DNA of 64,000 nucleotides, from the sequence record NC_007623.1. The stretch is one strand, 5' to 3'. Under the pieces are notes generated by a model. The model had not been told where the DNA came from. It saw only the letters and a list, made by a program, of their open reading frames with translations, and made no database searches. The position numbers and the translations under genes are program-made. Of the stretch, positions 18,714 through 28,225 are shown one piece after another. Numbering within the stretch: position 1 is the stretch's first letter; each line of letters starts with the position of its first letter.

Positions 18714-19676
18714 ATGTCTCAGATTCAATACTACCTCATGGGCGGCGCGGGTATCAACATTGGTGCGGGTTTGAAAGAATATTCCCGTACGCGTGTGAAC
18801 AGTGATGCGGGGATGGTAGGTTTCGATACCAGTGATAAGAACTTCACGGCCGCGTTCCCCATTGAGCAACTCGAAGGGGTGAACGGGAGTGGTAAGGATT
18901 CCACCAAGCACTATGACAAACTCCTCCCCTTCGTAGCGGCTAACCTGAAGAAACACCGTCCCGGTGTTCACAACATCATCGTAGCCAGTACCGCTGGTGG
19001 TACTGGGCGTGTTATGGCGATGATTGCGTTGCGCCTGCTGGTCGAGTCGGGTAAAAACGTCATTCTCTGCCTGATCTCGGAACACACTTCCCTGGTGGAT
19101 AAAGAAAACGCAGTCAATGCCCTCCGTTCCTTTGCTAACCAGTGCCAACCCAATCAGCTGAACCGTCCGGTGTGCTACATGGAGTTCCTCAATACGCCGA
19201 ACCTGACCCGTAAGGAAGTCAACCTTCAGGCGATTGATTCACTGAATCTCCTGAGTCTCCTCTTTGATCCCGGTAATACGGAAATCGATGAGGAAGACAT
19301 TAAACGCTTCTTCAATTACTCGGCGGGGGGTAAAACCAGGCCGGCGTTGAGTCGTATTCATTTCTACGACCAGGATGGTGCAGCGGACTATACCGGTAAG
19401 GTACCGGTCTCGGTCGCCAGCCTGTACCCGAACAACGATGACGTGGTTCCTCGGTTTATGGGATCGGTTTACCGGACGACGGGTATTTTCTCCCCCAACA
19501 GTGATCGTCCGGAGGACATCAAAGAGCTGCACGTGACCCTCGATCACGGTGAAGCCCTGGAAGAACTGGAGAAAGAGATCGAAGGGCTGGAAACGGTTCA
19601 AGCTCAAGCTGCCGTTGACTTCTCTCAACAGAAGGACATTTCGGAAGGATCGAACGATCTGGGCTTCATGCTGTAA
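18714..19676 (+). CDS. phuZ: Phage tubulin PhuZ
   Basis: Start moved to ATG 18714 (320 aa); GGAGINIG glycine loop, tubulin signature AGGTG, acidic C-terminal tail ending DLGFML. Confidence 0.92.
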   Translation: MSQIQYYLMGGAGINIGAGLKEYSRTRVNSDAGMVGFDTSDKNFTAAFPIEQLEGVNGSGKDSTKHYDKLLPFVAANLKKHRPGVHNIIVASTAGGTGRVMAMIALRLLVESGKNVILCLISEHTSLVDKENAVNALRSFANQCQPNQLNRPVCYMEFLNTPNLTRKEVNLQAIDSLNLLSLLFDPGNTEIDEEDIKRFFNYSAGGKTRPALSRIHFYDQDGAADYTGKVPVSVASLYPNNDDVVPRFMGSVYRTTGIFSPNSDRPEDIKELHVTLDHGEALEELEKEIEGLETVQAQAAVDFSQQKDISEGSNDLGFML

Positions 19677-19691
19677 GACAGACAGTGAATC

Positions 19692-19725
19692 GCTAAGGTA
19701 GGGAGCTCACGCTCCCTACCTTAGC
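19692..19725 (+). terminator. Terminator after phuZ
   Basis: 15-bp stem GCTAAGGTAGGGAGC/GCTCCCTACCTTAGC, followed by CTTTATT. Confidence 0.7.
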
Positions 19726-19814
19726 CTTTATTACGCTTTGGGGTATTTTTTATAATGAGTTTTTACTAAAATGGGCATTATTATACAGGCTTAATTAAAT
19801 ATAGGGGTTAGAAG

Positions 19815-20108
19815 GTGTCTATAAGCTTCTCTGTTGATTTATCAAGGGGTTACCTATACCGACCTACCGGTTCAGGTAAAAACGTCGTGTTAAGGAAAAT
19901 AGACCGGTTTGACGTGGTACACTGTTTACAGGCATTAGGGTACCACAACCTGAACGAACGCAGTCTGAATCGTCGAGCTATGGTCTTTATTCCGTCTCTG
20001 GAGGAGGACATCACGAAATTCACGATCGGTGTACCGAGTGATGCACAGGTTCGTATTCGTGGGATTGGGAAGTGCTCCCAACGGTTATTGATTACATTTG
20101 TTTATTAA
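19815..20108 (+). CDS. Hypothetical protein (97 aa)
   Basis: GTG start with GGGG RBS; first gene of a tightly packed cluster. Confidence 0.55.
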   Translation: MSISFSVDLSRGYLYRPTGSGKNVVLRKIDRFDVVHCLQALGYHNLNERSLNRRAMVFIPSLEEDITKFTIGVPSDAQVRIRGIGKCSQRLLITFVY

Positions 20109-20122
20109 GGAGACCTTGTCCC

Positions 20123-20689
20123 ATGTTACTGTTCAATGTGAAGGAGATGGCGAATGGTATCCTCATGCCATCTGAATTGTCTCGGGTAGAACGGGAGACC
20201 ATTATTAAGGACTTGATTGAAACGGCCTTGAGTATCTTCAATAACCCTTCTTTGTGCGACGGGATCCTGGATGACCTGTTGGAGCATTATGAGTTTAACG
20301 TAGGGATACTGAATACCGACCGTATCGTTCTGGATCTCGTAAAGGTCATTAAACACACCGCCCGTAAGCTGGGGTGGGACAGTCGTTTGAAGGCGAAGGT
20401 GGAGTTCAAGCAGGTCGGGAGTGGGTATCATAAAGCCCGTATTGTAATGGATTTGGATGAAACCCTCCAAGCGTTGTCTTCGAATGTAACAGAACCGGTT
20501 CGCCTCAACGACGTTATTAGTGACCATCCAGAAGTCGAGATGCTCAATGAAATCATTTCACTACGATCTAGCAAAGCCCCAAGGAGAGTTCCGGTACTAC
20601 CAGATCGACGTCCAGTGGTTGTTAAAGGAAATCAGGAGTCAGGTTGGGTACCTGGTTACCGGGAGCATTACCGGAAAATCGGTTACTGA
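20123..20689 (+). CDS. Hypothetical protein
   Basis: Start moved to ATG 20123 (AAGGAG RBS); C-terminus overlaps the next ORF. Confidence 0.7.
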   Translation: MLLFNVKEMANGILMPSELSRVERETIIKDLIETALSIFNNPSLCDGILDDLLEHYEFNVGILNTDRIVLDLVKVIKHTARKLGWDSRLKAKVEFKQVGSGYHKARIVMDLDETLQALSSNVTEPVRLNDVISDHPEVEMLNEIISLRSSKAPRRVPVLPDRRPVVVKGNQESGWVPGYREHYRKIGY

Positions 20690-20978
20690 ACATTACGACG
20701 AAGTAGCCTTAGGGGTCCTACAGAAAGCCATTGATGAGTGTTTAGTCTTTAACCGCGGCTTTGAGTTGGAAGAGTCTCCTAACGTCTTTCCTCGTAGGCA
20801 AGCGGATAAGTATCTACTACCGGACGATCGAAATGAGTTGGTGATTGATGCAGTAGCTCATTTAAGCCGTTTAATAACCCTCCCCAGCCCCTATACTGCG
20901 TTTAGTCACCCGGTGGTGTACCGGGTGCTGCCGAATGGCAATCTCTTAGTTGGGATCGATAAGAGGGATTTATTATGA
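20547..20978 (+). CDS. Hypothetical protein
   Basis: Probable ATG 20547; stop overlaps next start (ATGA). Confidence 0.6.
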   Translation: MKSFHYDLAKPQGEFRYYQIDVQWLLKEIRSQVGYLVTGSITGKSVTEHYDEVALGVLQKAIDECLVFNRGFELEESPNVFPRRQADKYLLPDDRNELVIDAVAHLSRLITLPSPYTAFSHPVVYRVLPNGNLLVGIDKRDLL

Positions 20979-21334
20979 TTACGAAAACCATTCCCCTCGC
21001 GTTGGTGAACCGTTGTTTTACGAACGCTGGCTTAAAGCCTGAGCAGACCTATTCGGTGATAGCGACCCTGGTACATATCTGGCGAATGAATGATCATAAC
21101 GAGGGAATGACCCGGGAGTTGATTTTCAATGAATTGGAATTGGATGAACTGACCGCTCAAACCCTGTGGAACACTCTTCAACAGCCATTACTGGCGATTA
21201 GTCAGCAAATTCGTGAGTTAGCACTGGCTGGGCGATTGGTTAGCTGGAAAGTTCTCCCCCTCACCATTATCTTGGAGATAGAAGATGAAAACCTTGTCCC
21301 ACTCAGTACCTATACCCCCGTTGACCGATCATAA
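20975..21334 (+). CDS. Hypothetical protein (119 aa)
   Basis: GAGGG RBS; ATGA coupling. Confidence 0.7.
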   Translation: MITKTIPLALVNRCFTNAGLKPEQTYSVIATLVHIWRMNDHNEGMTRELIFNELELDELTAQTLWNTLQQPLLAISQQIRELALAGRLVSWKVLPLTIILEIEDENLVPLSTYTPVDRS

Positions 21335-21608
21335 GGAATTCCTGGGGGCGTATAAAGCGTTGTTGAACGCTTTACAGATCCAAGAGAACATTCCTTTCCC
21401 GTTGTCTGCTGGCTTTACGCATCCGGTTGAAAAAGAGAACCAGGCGCTCACCACCCGCTTCTTTCACGATAAGAGCTTGTTCCAACAACTCAAGTTGAAC
21501 CATCCTTTACTTCGGTTACTGGAAGTGAGGGTCCACAACCACATGGCCACCTTTATTTTCGGTTACCCAGAGATCGGTCAAGATGAAAAAGCGTTTCCTC
21601 CGAGTTGA
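21285..21608 (+). CDS. Hypothetical protein (107 aa)
   Basis: GGAG RBS; overlaps both neighbours. Confidence 0.6.
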   Translation: MKTLSHSVPIPPLTDHKEFLGAYKALLNALQIQENIPFPLSAGFTHPVEKENQALTTRFFHDKSLFQQLKLNHPLLRLLEVRVHNHMATFIFGYPEIGQDEKAFPPS

Positions 21609-21963
21609 TTATGAGCGGATAGCTGAATACGTGTTAGACCGTTCGTTGAAAACTGACGACCTGCTGGTGGATACACCATCGAATGTCATTGACCTGTACC
21701 TCACCCACGCCTTACTTGCTCGTCATTTAAAGCACTTGGAAGCCGCCCTCCAACCATTCAATAGGAACGGTGAATGGGGGTCTTCCCTGGAGATTGAGGG
21801 TGAAGACGAGGATCCCCAATTGACCGAAGTGTTGTTTTCCGATCAAGGGGAAGACATCGTCCACACCTTCCAGGTGAGCTTACGACCGCGTGCGGTGGTT
21901 CACCTTCAGGGTAGAGTCGTGGTGTTACCCCTGATCAAAATAGAAGTGCTTACACGAGGTTAA
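21583..21963 (+). CDS. Hypothetical protein (126 aa)
   Basis: In-operon ORF ending next to the following start. Confidence 0.6.
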   Translation: MKKRFLRVDYERIAEYVLDRSLKTDDLLVDTPSNVIDLYLTHALLARHLKHLEAALQPFNRNGEWGSSLEIEGEDEDPQLTEVLFSDQGEDIVHTFQVSLRPRAVVHLQGRVVVLPLIKIEVLTRG

Positions 21964-21964
21964 T

Positions 21965-22387
21965 ATGGCAGTTACTCCCAGACTCAATGACATTGTGGAT
22001 TTCCAATTGGTACGTAATGGCATCCTTGGGGATGAACGGGTGGGGGTGTTGGTCATCTCAGCCTCTATGACGTATCAAGCGGCTAAGGCCATGGATCCTC
22101 AGATCAATGTAAAACACAGTAACCTGTTTCAATACTTCCAGAATAAAGTGGGTGGGGTAGACGATCCTTCCAAGTATCCGTACTTCGCGGTACAACTCAC
22201 CAATGGGCAATTTGAGGTCATTGGTGTCCCCTGGGTGAACGATGCGACCTTTAAGACTATCGAAGGGCGTATTCGCACCTACACGATCACCAATTACCAG
22301 GAATCCATGGCAGGCCCTATTGCCAACATGCTGCGTAACCTGGGTGCGAGTTATACCGTGCATGATACCACCACGACCAAGAATTAA
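21965..22387 (+). CDS. Conserved hypothetical protein (140 aa)
   Basis: GAGGT RBS; followed by a terminator. Confidence 0.7.
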   Translation: MAVTPRLNDIVDFQLVRNGILGDERVGVLVISASMTYQAAKAMDPQINVKHSNLFQYFQNKVGGVDDPSKYPYFAVQLTNGQFEVIGVPWVNDATFKTIEGRIRTYTITNYQESMAGPIANMLRNLGASYTVHDTTTTKN

Positions 22388-22391
22388 TTCA

Positions 22392-22427
22392 CTACCACAT
22401 CCTCTATTTAAACGGGGGATGTGGTAG
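22392..22427 (+). terminator. Rho-independent terminator
   Basis: 13-bp stem CTACCACATCCTC/GGGGATGTGGTAG, then T-rich tract. Confidence 0.7.
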
Positions 22428-22488
22428 AACCTTTATTTTTTCGTCCCGTGTCTTTTTTAATAGACGTTTTGAACAGAGAGAAAGTCGT

Positions 22489-24591
22489 ATGAATGTTCCA
22501 GCGACTCAAGAGACTGAACCTTATCAGTCACCCTTTATAGAGAAAACGTATGTAAGTAATCGTAATTTCCTGAAAGCGTACCACTACTTAGCGGCCCGTT
22601 ACCTCTCCATTGTGTACGGGTGGGACTATGAGAACCTGCTAGAGATTTGTGAGAAGGTCTTCGTACCGAATGAGAATGGGTTCAAAGAAGCCAAGTTCGG
22701 GGTCTTTAAGAAAGACAAGTACGGAGACCGTGTCCCGACGGTAATGGGAACCCGGGAGTTCTTTAACGCAGTCCAAGAGAACAACTGGCACCTCTCCCCA
22801 TCCTTGGTCGCGTATACCAATACAGAGGAAGAACAATCTGTTAACGCGGCGGGCACCGAAGAGTTTATTGAGTTCCGTCGGTTGTACAAAGGTAAGAAAC
22901 AAGCCGCTAAAGACGTTGGGGACGAGGAAGCGGAGAAGGCGTTCCATGAAATTCAGAATGCCTTAAAGATCTTTAATAATTCTCAATCCGGCGGGATGTC
23001 GTCATCCGGTACCCCTTTGTTCAATAAGTCCGGTCATACGACACTCACCAGCACCTGCCGAGCCCTCACCAGTACGGCTAACCTGATCAATGAACGGTTA
23101 ATTACCGGTAACCGCTTGTTGTTAACTTACAACAAGACGATGGAACTGTTCGTCAGTCAGCTCCAGTTCGCCGACCGTGATTTAATCCAATCGGTGATTG
23201 ATGAGTACGGGATGACGTACGCCACGGTCGACCAGGTCATGGACATGGTGAGACGGTGTACCGCGTACTACTGGGATAACCCTGTTAAACTCAGGGCTAT
23301 TGAACAGTTCTTGAGGGATCTCACCCCCTTAGAACTGACCATTATCCTCTGTACCCAGGATTTGAGAGGGCTGTATACCACCAACCCAGATCTGATTAAA
23401 CGGTTCTTTAAGGAATGGTGTGATATCCCGGAGTTTCCGGAAGGGGTTAAGGAAGAGGATTATCCTAAACCCTTGAATGGGGATTATTACATCCTGTGTT
23501 TAACCAAGCTTGGGGAAAAGTCCAGTAAAGCCCAAATCAACTTCTTGAATGGTTATCACATGGAGGTTGAGAAACGCTGGGGGAACTTCATTAGTGCGTT
23601 CCTCAAATCTTCTATCCCTCCCACCGACATTTACAGCGTCAAAGAGTTGGTTCGTGAAAACGTAATGACCTCTGATACAGACGCCTGTATTTACAGCGTG
23701 GATCAACTGATTCAAGAGTTCTCGACTGACCCTACGGTTTCGTTGAGGTTCAATGGCGTTCTAACCTTCTTCATTCGCAACATTGCGATCGACCAGCACG
23801 CTAAACTTAGTCGCAACATGAATGTGGCTAAGAAGTACGAGCGTCGGTTGAACATGAAGAATGAGTACTTGTATGCGTCGTATGTCACGACCTCCATGTC
23901 GAAACACTACTTCGCGTTGCAACTCATGGTGGAAGGGGTCTTGAATAAGAAACCGAAGTTGGATTTGAAGGGTGTTCACTTACGAGGGGTTAAGATTGCG
24001 GAATTGGTGAGGAAGTTCACCGGGAAACTCATGCGGAAAATCTTGAATGCACTGTACAGCCGTGAGAAGCTGGATGCGCCTAAGATTTTGAGGGAAGTGG
24101 CTGACATCGAGCGTCAGCTGTTTGCCAACCTGGAAGAAGGGGGTTGGGCGTGGTTAACGATTGAAGGGGTTAAGGACCCATCAGCCTATACAGACCCAGA
24201 GAGTAACGAACGGTACATCAACCATTTGTTCTGGGACGAGGTATTGGCTCCTAAGTATGGAGATACCCCCCCATTCCCATATAAAGCCTACAAGATCAAC
24301 CTGACCTTAACCGGTAAGAAGAAACTGGAGGGTTTCTTTAACAGCATCGAGGACCCGAATTATAAAGCCCTGTTGATGGATCACCTTAAAGGACGAGATA
24401 AGCTGAGTTCCATCTATATCCCTACCGATCAGATTGATCAAATGGGTGGAATCCCTAAAGAGTTTATTCCGTTTATTGACAAACGCCAAATCGTTAGTCA
24501 TAACCTAAAATCCATTTATGCGATTCTAGAAGCGTTAGGACTCTTTATCTTAAATGCTAAGGTAACGAGGCTGGTTTCTGATGAACATTGA
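22489..24591 (+). CDS. Family B DNA polymerase, C-terminal (motif B/C) half (phiKZ gp50-like)
   Basis: Motif B KIFNNSQSG, motif C SDTDAC, SKHYF, LDLKGV; lacks exonuclease and motif A. Confidence 0.85.
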   Translation: MNVPATQETEPYQSPFIEKTYVSNRNFLKAYHYLAARYLSIVYGWDYENLLEICEKVFVPNENGFKEAKFGVFKKDKYGDRVPTVMGTREFFNAVQENNWHLSPSLVAYTNTEEEQSVNAAGTEEFIEFRRLYKGKKQAAKDVGDEEAEKAFHEIQNALKIFNNSQSGGMSSSGTPLFNKSGHTTLTSTCRALTSTANLINERLITGNRLLLTYNKTMELFVSQLQFADRDLIQSVIDEYGMTYATVDQVMDMVRRCTAYYWDNPVKLRAIEQFLRDLTPLELTIILCTQDLRGLYTTNPDLIKRFFKEWCDIPEFPEGVKEEDYPKPLNGDYYILCLTKLGEKSSKAQINFLNGYHMEVEKRWGNFISAFLKSSIPPTDIYSVKELVRENVMTSDTDACIYSVDQLIQEFSTDPTVSLRFNGVLTFFIRNIAIDQHAKLSRNMNVAKKYERRLNMKNEYLYASYVTTSMSKHYFALQLMVEGVLNKKPKLDLKGVHLRGVKIAELVRKFTGKLMRKILNALYSREKLDAPKILREVADIERQLFANLEEGGWAWLTIEGVKDPSAYTDPESNERYINHLFWDEVLAPKYGDTPPFPYKAYKINLTLTGKKKLEGFFNSIEDPNYKALLMDHLKGRDKLSSIYIPTDQIDQMGGIPKEFIPFIDKRQIVSHNLKSIYAILEALGLFILNAKVTRLVSDEH

Positions 24592-24636
24592 GGGTGGGTT
24601 TACGCTCAGAAACGAGGCGAATCAATAACACTGACA

Positions 24637-24674
24637 TACCGAGAGAGGAGGCCCTAAGCCTGCCTCTCTCGGTA
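24637..24674. terminator. Hairpin between convergent genes
   Basis: 12-bp stem TACCGAGAGAGG/CCTCTCTCGGTA plus inner AGGC/GCCT; T tract follows. Confidence 0.7.
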
Positions 24675-24746
24675 GTTTTTATTTAACTTTTTCAATAAGC
24701 TTATTGGGTAAGTCAATTTCTTGACCTCCCACAAGATGGCAGCGTG

Positions 24747-25847
24747 CTATTTCTTGAGGTTAATACGGTTTAGCGTATTCAACTCGTCTGCCAGTTCCAA
24801 GAACCATCCTTTGAAGTACGATTCAGGGATACGTTGGTAGTTATTCACCCGTTTCAAATGACTTCGTTCCACCACACTGTTAATGTCAGCCGCGGGGTAA
24901 TTCCCGTGGTTGCAAATACTCAAGTAGATGGAATACAGCTTCATTAAAGCCGGTTCCCAAACCCAACTGGTTTGCGTAAACAACGCGTTCTTACCCGCCG
25001 GAACGTAGTTGAAGTAGGGTTGTTTATAAATCGACTCAAGGGTAACGAGGAGGTGTTCCAGGTTAAAGAGTCTGCGTCCTGTTAAGGCCTCTCCCAGGAA
25101 AGCCAGGTAGAGGTCCATTAACCGTTGTTCACTGACCGTATTAAACACCACCTTATCCGAGTTCATCACACTCTTCAGTGGTTGTTGGTGAACGAAGTGA
25201 TCGTAGAGGGTGTTAATGACCGTAAGTTGGTTATGAATCAACTGGGCGTTGGCTAAGGGGATCTGGGCGACAAAGGCTCGTATACCCGTATCCCGCTCGT
25301 AGTCCATTTGCTGGTACGCCCACCACGCAACAGCCAACTCCACCAGGTCCACGCCTATAATGGCCAAGTCATTGATCTGTCCGTTAACCGTCTTATCCCG
25401 GTTGAGTGGGTGGGAATAACTTCGTTCGGTAACCGTAGAACACAACGGTACCACAGGACACATGGATACAAAGTCAATAGGAGCACTGTATTGCTTGGTA
25501 TTCTCAATCAGACACCAGTGTTCCCGTACACTATTCCGGTAGAACCCATTGGTGATTGCTTTACCCACATGACCCAACGAGGTAATATTAAACAACGTAC
25601 ATAATGAATACGCCCGGAACCTCGTATAACTGACCACGTAGGAGAGATCCCAATCCTTATTGATGCTTAACTGTTGAAGTAATCCTACCAGGACGTGTTC
25701 GTTCTCGGTATGGAACGGCTGTGCCCTGACGTAGTGGAAAAAGGCTTTACGGTTAAACGCTGTTTGCCGTTGCAGGTTACCCAAGTCACCGAACCGTAAC
25801 CGGGGATAAACCGTGTTAGACGGTTTAGGGAATGACAAGGTTAGCAT
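24747..25847 (-). CDS. Conserved hypothetical/virion protein (phiKZ gp52 position)
   Basis: Start moved to ATG 25847; lies between polymerase and chimallin on the opposite strand. Confidence 0.65.
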   Translation of the reverse strand: MLTLSFPKPSNTVYPRLRFGDLGNLQRQTAFNRKAFFHYVRAQPFHTENEHVLVGLLQQLSINKDWDLSYVVSYTRFRAYSLCTLFNITSLGHVGKAITNGFYRNSVREHWCLIENTKQYSAPIDFVSMCPVVPLCSTVTERSYSHPLNRDKTVNGQINDLAIIGVDLVELAVAWWAYQQMDYERDTGIRAFVAQIPLANAQLIHNQLTVINTLYDHFVHQQPLKSVMNSDKVVFNTVSEQRLMDLYLAFLGEALTGRRLFNLEHLLVTLESIYKQPYFNYVPAGKNALFTQTSWVWEPALMKLYSIYLSICNHGNYPAADINSVVERSHLKRVNNYQRIPESYFKGWFLELADELNTLNRINLKK

Positions 25848-26005
25848 GTGAGTATTTTTCCAGTGATGAACTATTATATAGCACACCACGGTCTCCCGGT
25901 TCGTCCGGGAGTCGTTGGAGTGCAATTTCGAAAATGGTATGAGTTTGAACAAGTACCTATAGCATTTCAGCCTAAAAAGCCGGAATGTGACCAAGTGCTA
26001 GAATT

Positions 26006-26022
26006 TTTCAAACCCATATTAC
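26006..26022 (+). promoter_or_regulatory. Putative phage early promoter motif
   Basis: TTTCAAACCCATATTAC upstream of chimallin; ends in ATATTAC like the phiKZ early consensus TATATTAC. Confidence 0.55.
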
Positions 26023-26125
26023 CAGTGTGAATCGCCACAAGGATATTTGTGTGTGTAGGCAAACACTACGCGATTCCGCTATAGCGAAGCAAACCCTTTC
26101 TTAAGAAAACGATGGAGTTTACCCC

Positions 26126-28138
26126 ATGGCTGTGAATAAAGGTCGTTCGTCCGAATCCACCACTCCGAACTCTTCCTGGACCGATGAAGAAGCCGGCGAT
26201 AACGGTTTGAGCGCCAGCGTACGTCAAGACACCACCGGTCTGTCGGGCCTCTTCAGCCTGACCTCGATGACTTCGGACAACCGCAATATGGTGGAAGTCT
26301 CCGAAGTCGCCAAGATCCTCAAGGAACGTTTCACCCGTATCGCGGAGGCTACCACTCCGGAAGCTCAGCGCAACATCGTTCCGAACGTGGATGAAATGAC
26401 CGCCGGCATCTCCAGCATCCTCCCGGGCCTGGTACTGCACAAAGTCATCAACAACAAACTCTGGGTAATGGGTGTCCTGTTCTCCAACAAGGACCTGACC
26501 ATTTCCTCGGAGCCGATCCGTATCAACACCCTCAACGGTATCCAACAGCAAATCTCGGTGCCGCTGACCCCGACCAACTACGCCAACGAAGCGGTCATGA
26601 AGAACTTGGTGTCTTATTACACCCGTGTGGCGGAACAGCAAGGTGCGAAAGGGGTTGAAGTCATCAACATGGTCGTGGTTGACCTGGAGATGCTGAACCA
26701 CCCGGAAGCCGGCGATCCCAAGGACCGTCCGGCCAAGCTGGCGGGTTACCTCACCAACCAGTGGGAAACCGGTGTTCTGGTCCGTGCGACCATCGAGATC
26801 GCCAGCGCTGGCGTTCCGCTGCCGTCCCCGTTCGCGGATCCGAAGCATCCCTTCGGTAAAGACGGTTGTGCGGAAGCGCGGGTTACCGCTATCCAAGAAC
26901 GTGTTACCAAGGCGTTCACCCTGAGCGCTGCGAACATGGAAGTGGTGGCGGCTACCATCAGCGACCTCAACCGTAGTGGTGGTGTCTCTTCCCAGAACAA
27001 CAGCAAGGAGATCGCACGCGCTACGGCTATCGTCAGCCTGGCAGGTATCACCATGCAGGCTCACCAAGCCAACCTGGCTGCCAGCCGCGGTGCCGCTCAG
27101 CACAATGACCTGATCAATCAGTTCCTGAACCTGACCGGTGGTGTTTACCCGCACGGCTACCGTCCGCTGCACCCGGTGATCACCATGGAAACCGCGTACG
27201 CCGGTGAAATGATGAACTTCAACCAGGGTCTGTTCCCGTTCTTCTTCGGGCTGTACCTGCTGATGACCACCAACACCGACTACGTCTTCTCTGAAGCACT
27301 GCGTAAGGTGAGCGTGGGTCAACGGGGTAACCTGAGTGCACTGGAACCGCGTATCGACAGTCTGCTGGGTGGTGTGAACCCGCCGAACCGTCTGAAACTG
27401 AATGACAAAAACATCACGGATATCGATGTTGTTAACCAATGGATTCGTCAGAACGTTTCGCAACACGCGATCTTCCGTTCGAACATCGTCCTGAATGGTC
27501 CGGATTCCGCGATCAACAACTTCCTCAGCCGGCTGAGCCAGCAAAACCGTTCTAAGGAAGTGGGGATTGTGGTATCGGTGATCGATGCGATGACCAAGAA
27601 CAAGTTCTCTCAGATCATCGAGCAGAACCGTTCGGCGCGCACCGGTTGGACTCCGGAAAAACCGGTCCTGCACCGCACCCCGATCCTGGTGGTCAACGGC
27701 TTGGCTGAAGCGCCCAATGGTAAGAAACTGAATACCTTGGAAGTGGATGAAATGCTGCTGGGCCACTACAAAGGTGCGAACGGTGCCCAGGCGATGATGA
27801 ACTACCTGGCGGTCATGTACGGTGTTACCAACGAAGACCCCAAAGCCCGTTGCCAGAAGCTCAACCTGGAGCTGAACCAATCGCTGTTCAACGGCGCGGT
27901 TCACATCAACAGCTACTCGCAAGCGGCGGTCTGGGATCCGAACTTCATGGCAGCCCTGGCGCAAGCTATGGAAAGCCTGGGTAGCATGAACGCAGCGAAC
28001 TCCGCGGCCAGCTTCCGTCCGAATCAGGCTGTTTATGTGCCGGGTGCAGGTCTGGCTACTACTGCCTTTGCAGGTGGTAGTTCCCTGTCCAACCCGAACC
28101 TCATGAACGCCTTCCTGGGCGGTTTTGCGTTCGGCTGA
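26126..28138 (+). CDS. chmA: Chimallin, phage nuclear shell protein
   Basis: 670 aa directly upstream of the nvRNAP beta' N-terminal gene (conserved position); disordered N- and C-terminal segments; strongly C-ending codon usage typical of high expression. Confidence 0.8.
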   Translation: MAVNKGRSSESTTPNSSWTDEEAGDNGLSASVRQDTTGLSGLFSLTSMTSDNRNMVEVSEVAKILKERFTRIAEATTPEAQRNIVPNVDEMTAGISSILPGLVLHKVINNKLWVMGVLFSNKDLTISSEPIRINTLNGIQQQISVPLTPTNYANEAVMKNLVSYYTRVAEQQGAKGVEVINMVVVDLEMLNHPEAGDPKDRPAKLAGYLTNQWETGVLVRATIEIASAGVPLPSPFADPKHPFGKDGCAEARVTAIQERVTKAFTLSAANMEVVAATISDLNRSGGVSSQNNSKEIARATAIVSLAGITMQAHQANLAASRGAAQHNDLINQFLNLTGGVYPHGYRPLHPVITMETAYAGEMMNFNQGLFPFFFGLYLLMTTNTDYVFSEALRKVSVGQRGNLSALEPRIDSLLGGVNPPNRLKLNDKNITDIDVVNQWIRQNVSQHAIFRSNIVLNGPDSAINNFLSRLSQQNRSKEVGIVVSVIDAMTKNKFSQIIEQNRSARTGWTPEKPVLHRTPILVVNGLAEAPNGKKLNTLEVDEMLLGHYKGANGAQAMMNYLAVMYGVTNEDPKARCQKLNLELNQSLFNGAVHINSYSQAAVWDPNFMAALAQAMESLGSMNAANSAASFRPNQAVYVPGAGLATTAFAGGSSLSNPNLMNAFLGGFAFG

Positions 28139-28161
28139 TACGAGAGTGTGCTGAAAGAGTG

Positions 28162-28193
28162 AAGGTTAGGGGGCTTTCGGGCTCCCTAACCTT
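28162..28193 (+). terminator. Terminator after chmA
   Basis: 13-bp stem AAGGTTAGGGGGC/GCTCCCTAACCTT, then TATT...TTTT. Confidence 0.7.
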
Positions 28194-28225
28194 TATTCCG
28201 CTTTTGTCTTTTTGGAGTTTATTCG

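Noticed and set aside
26066-27964. 632-aa ORF antisense to chimallin
   Set aside because: Shadow ORF; similar long shadows lie over 2401-3231, 9385-10527 and 55028-56380.
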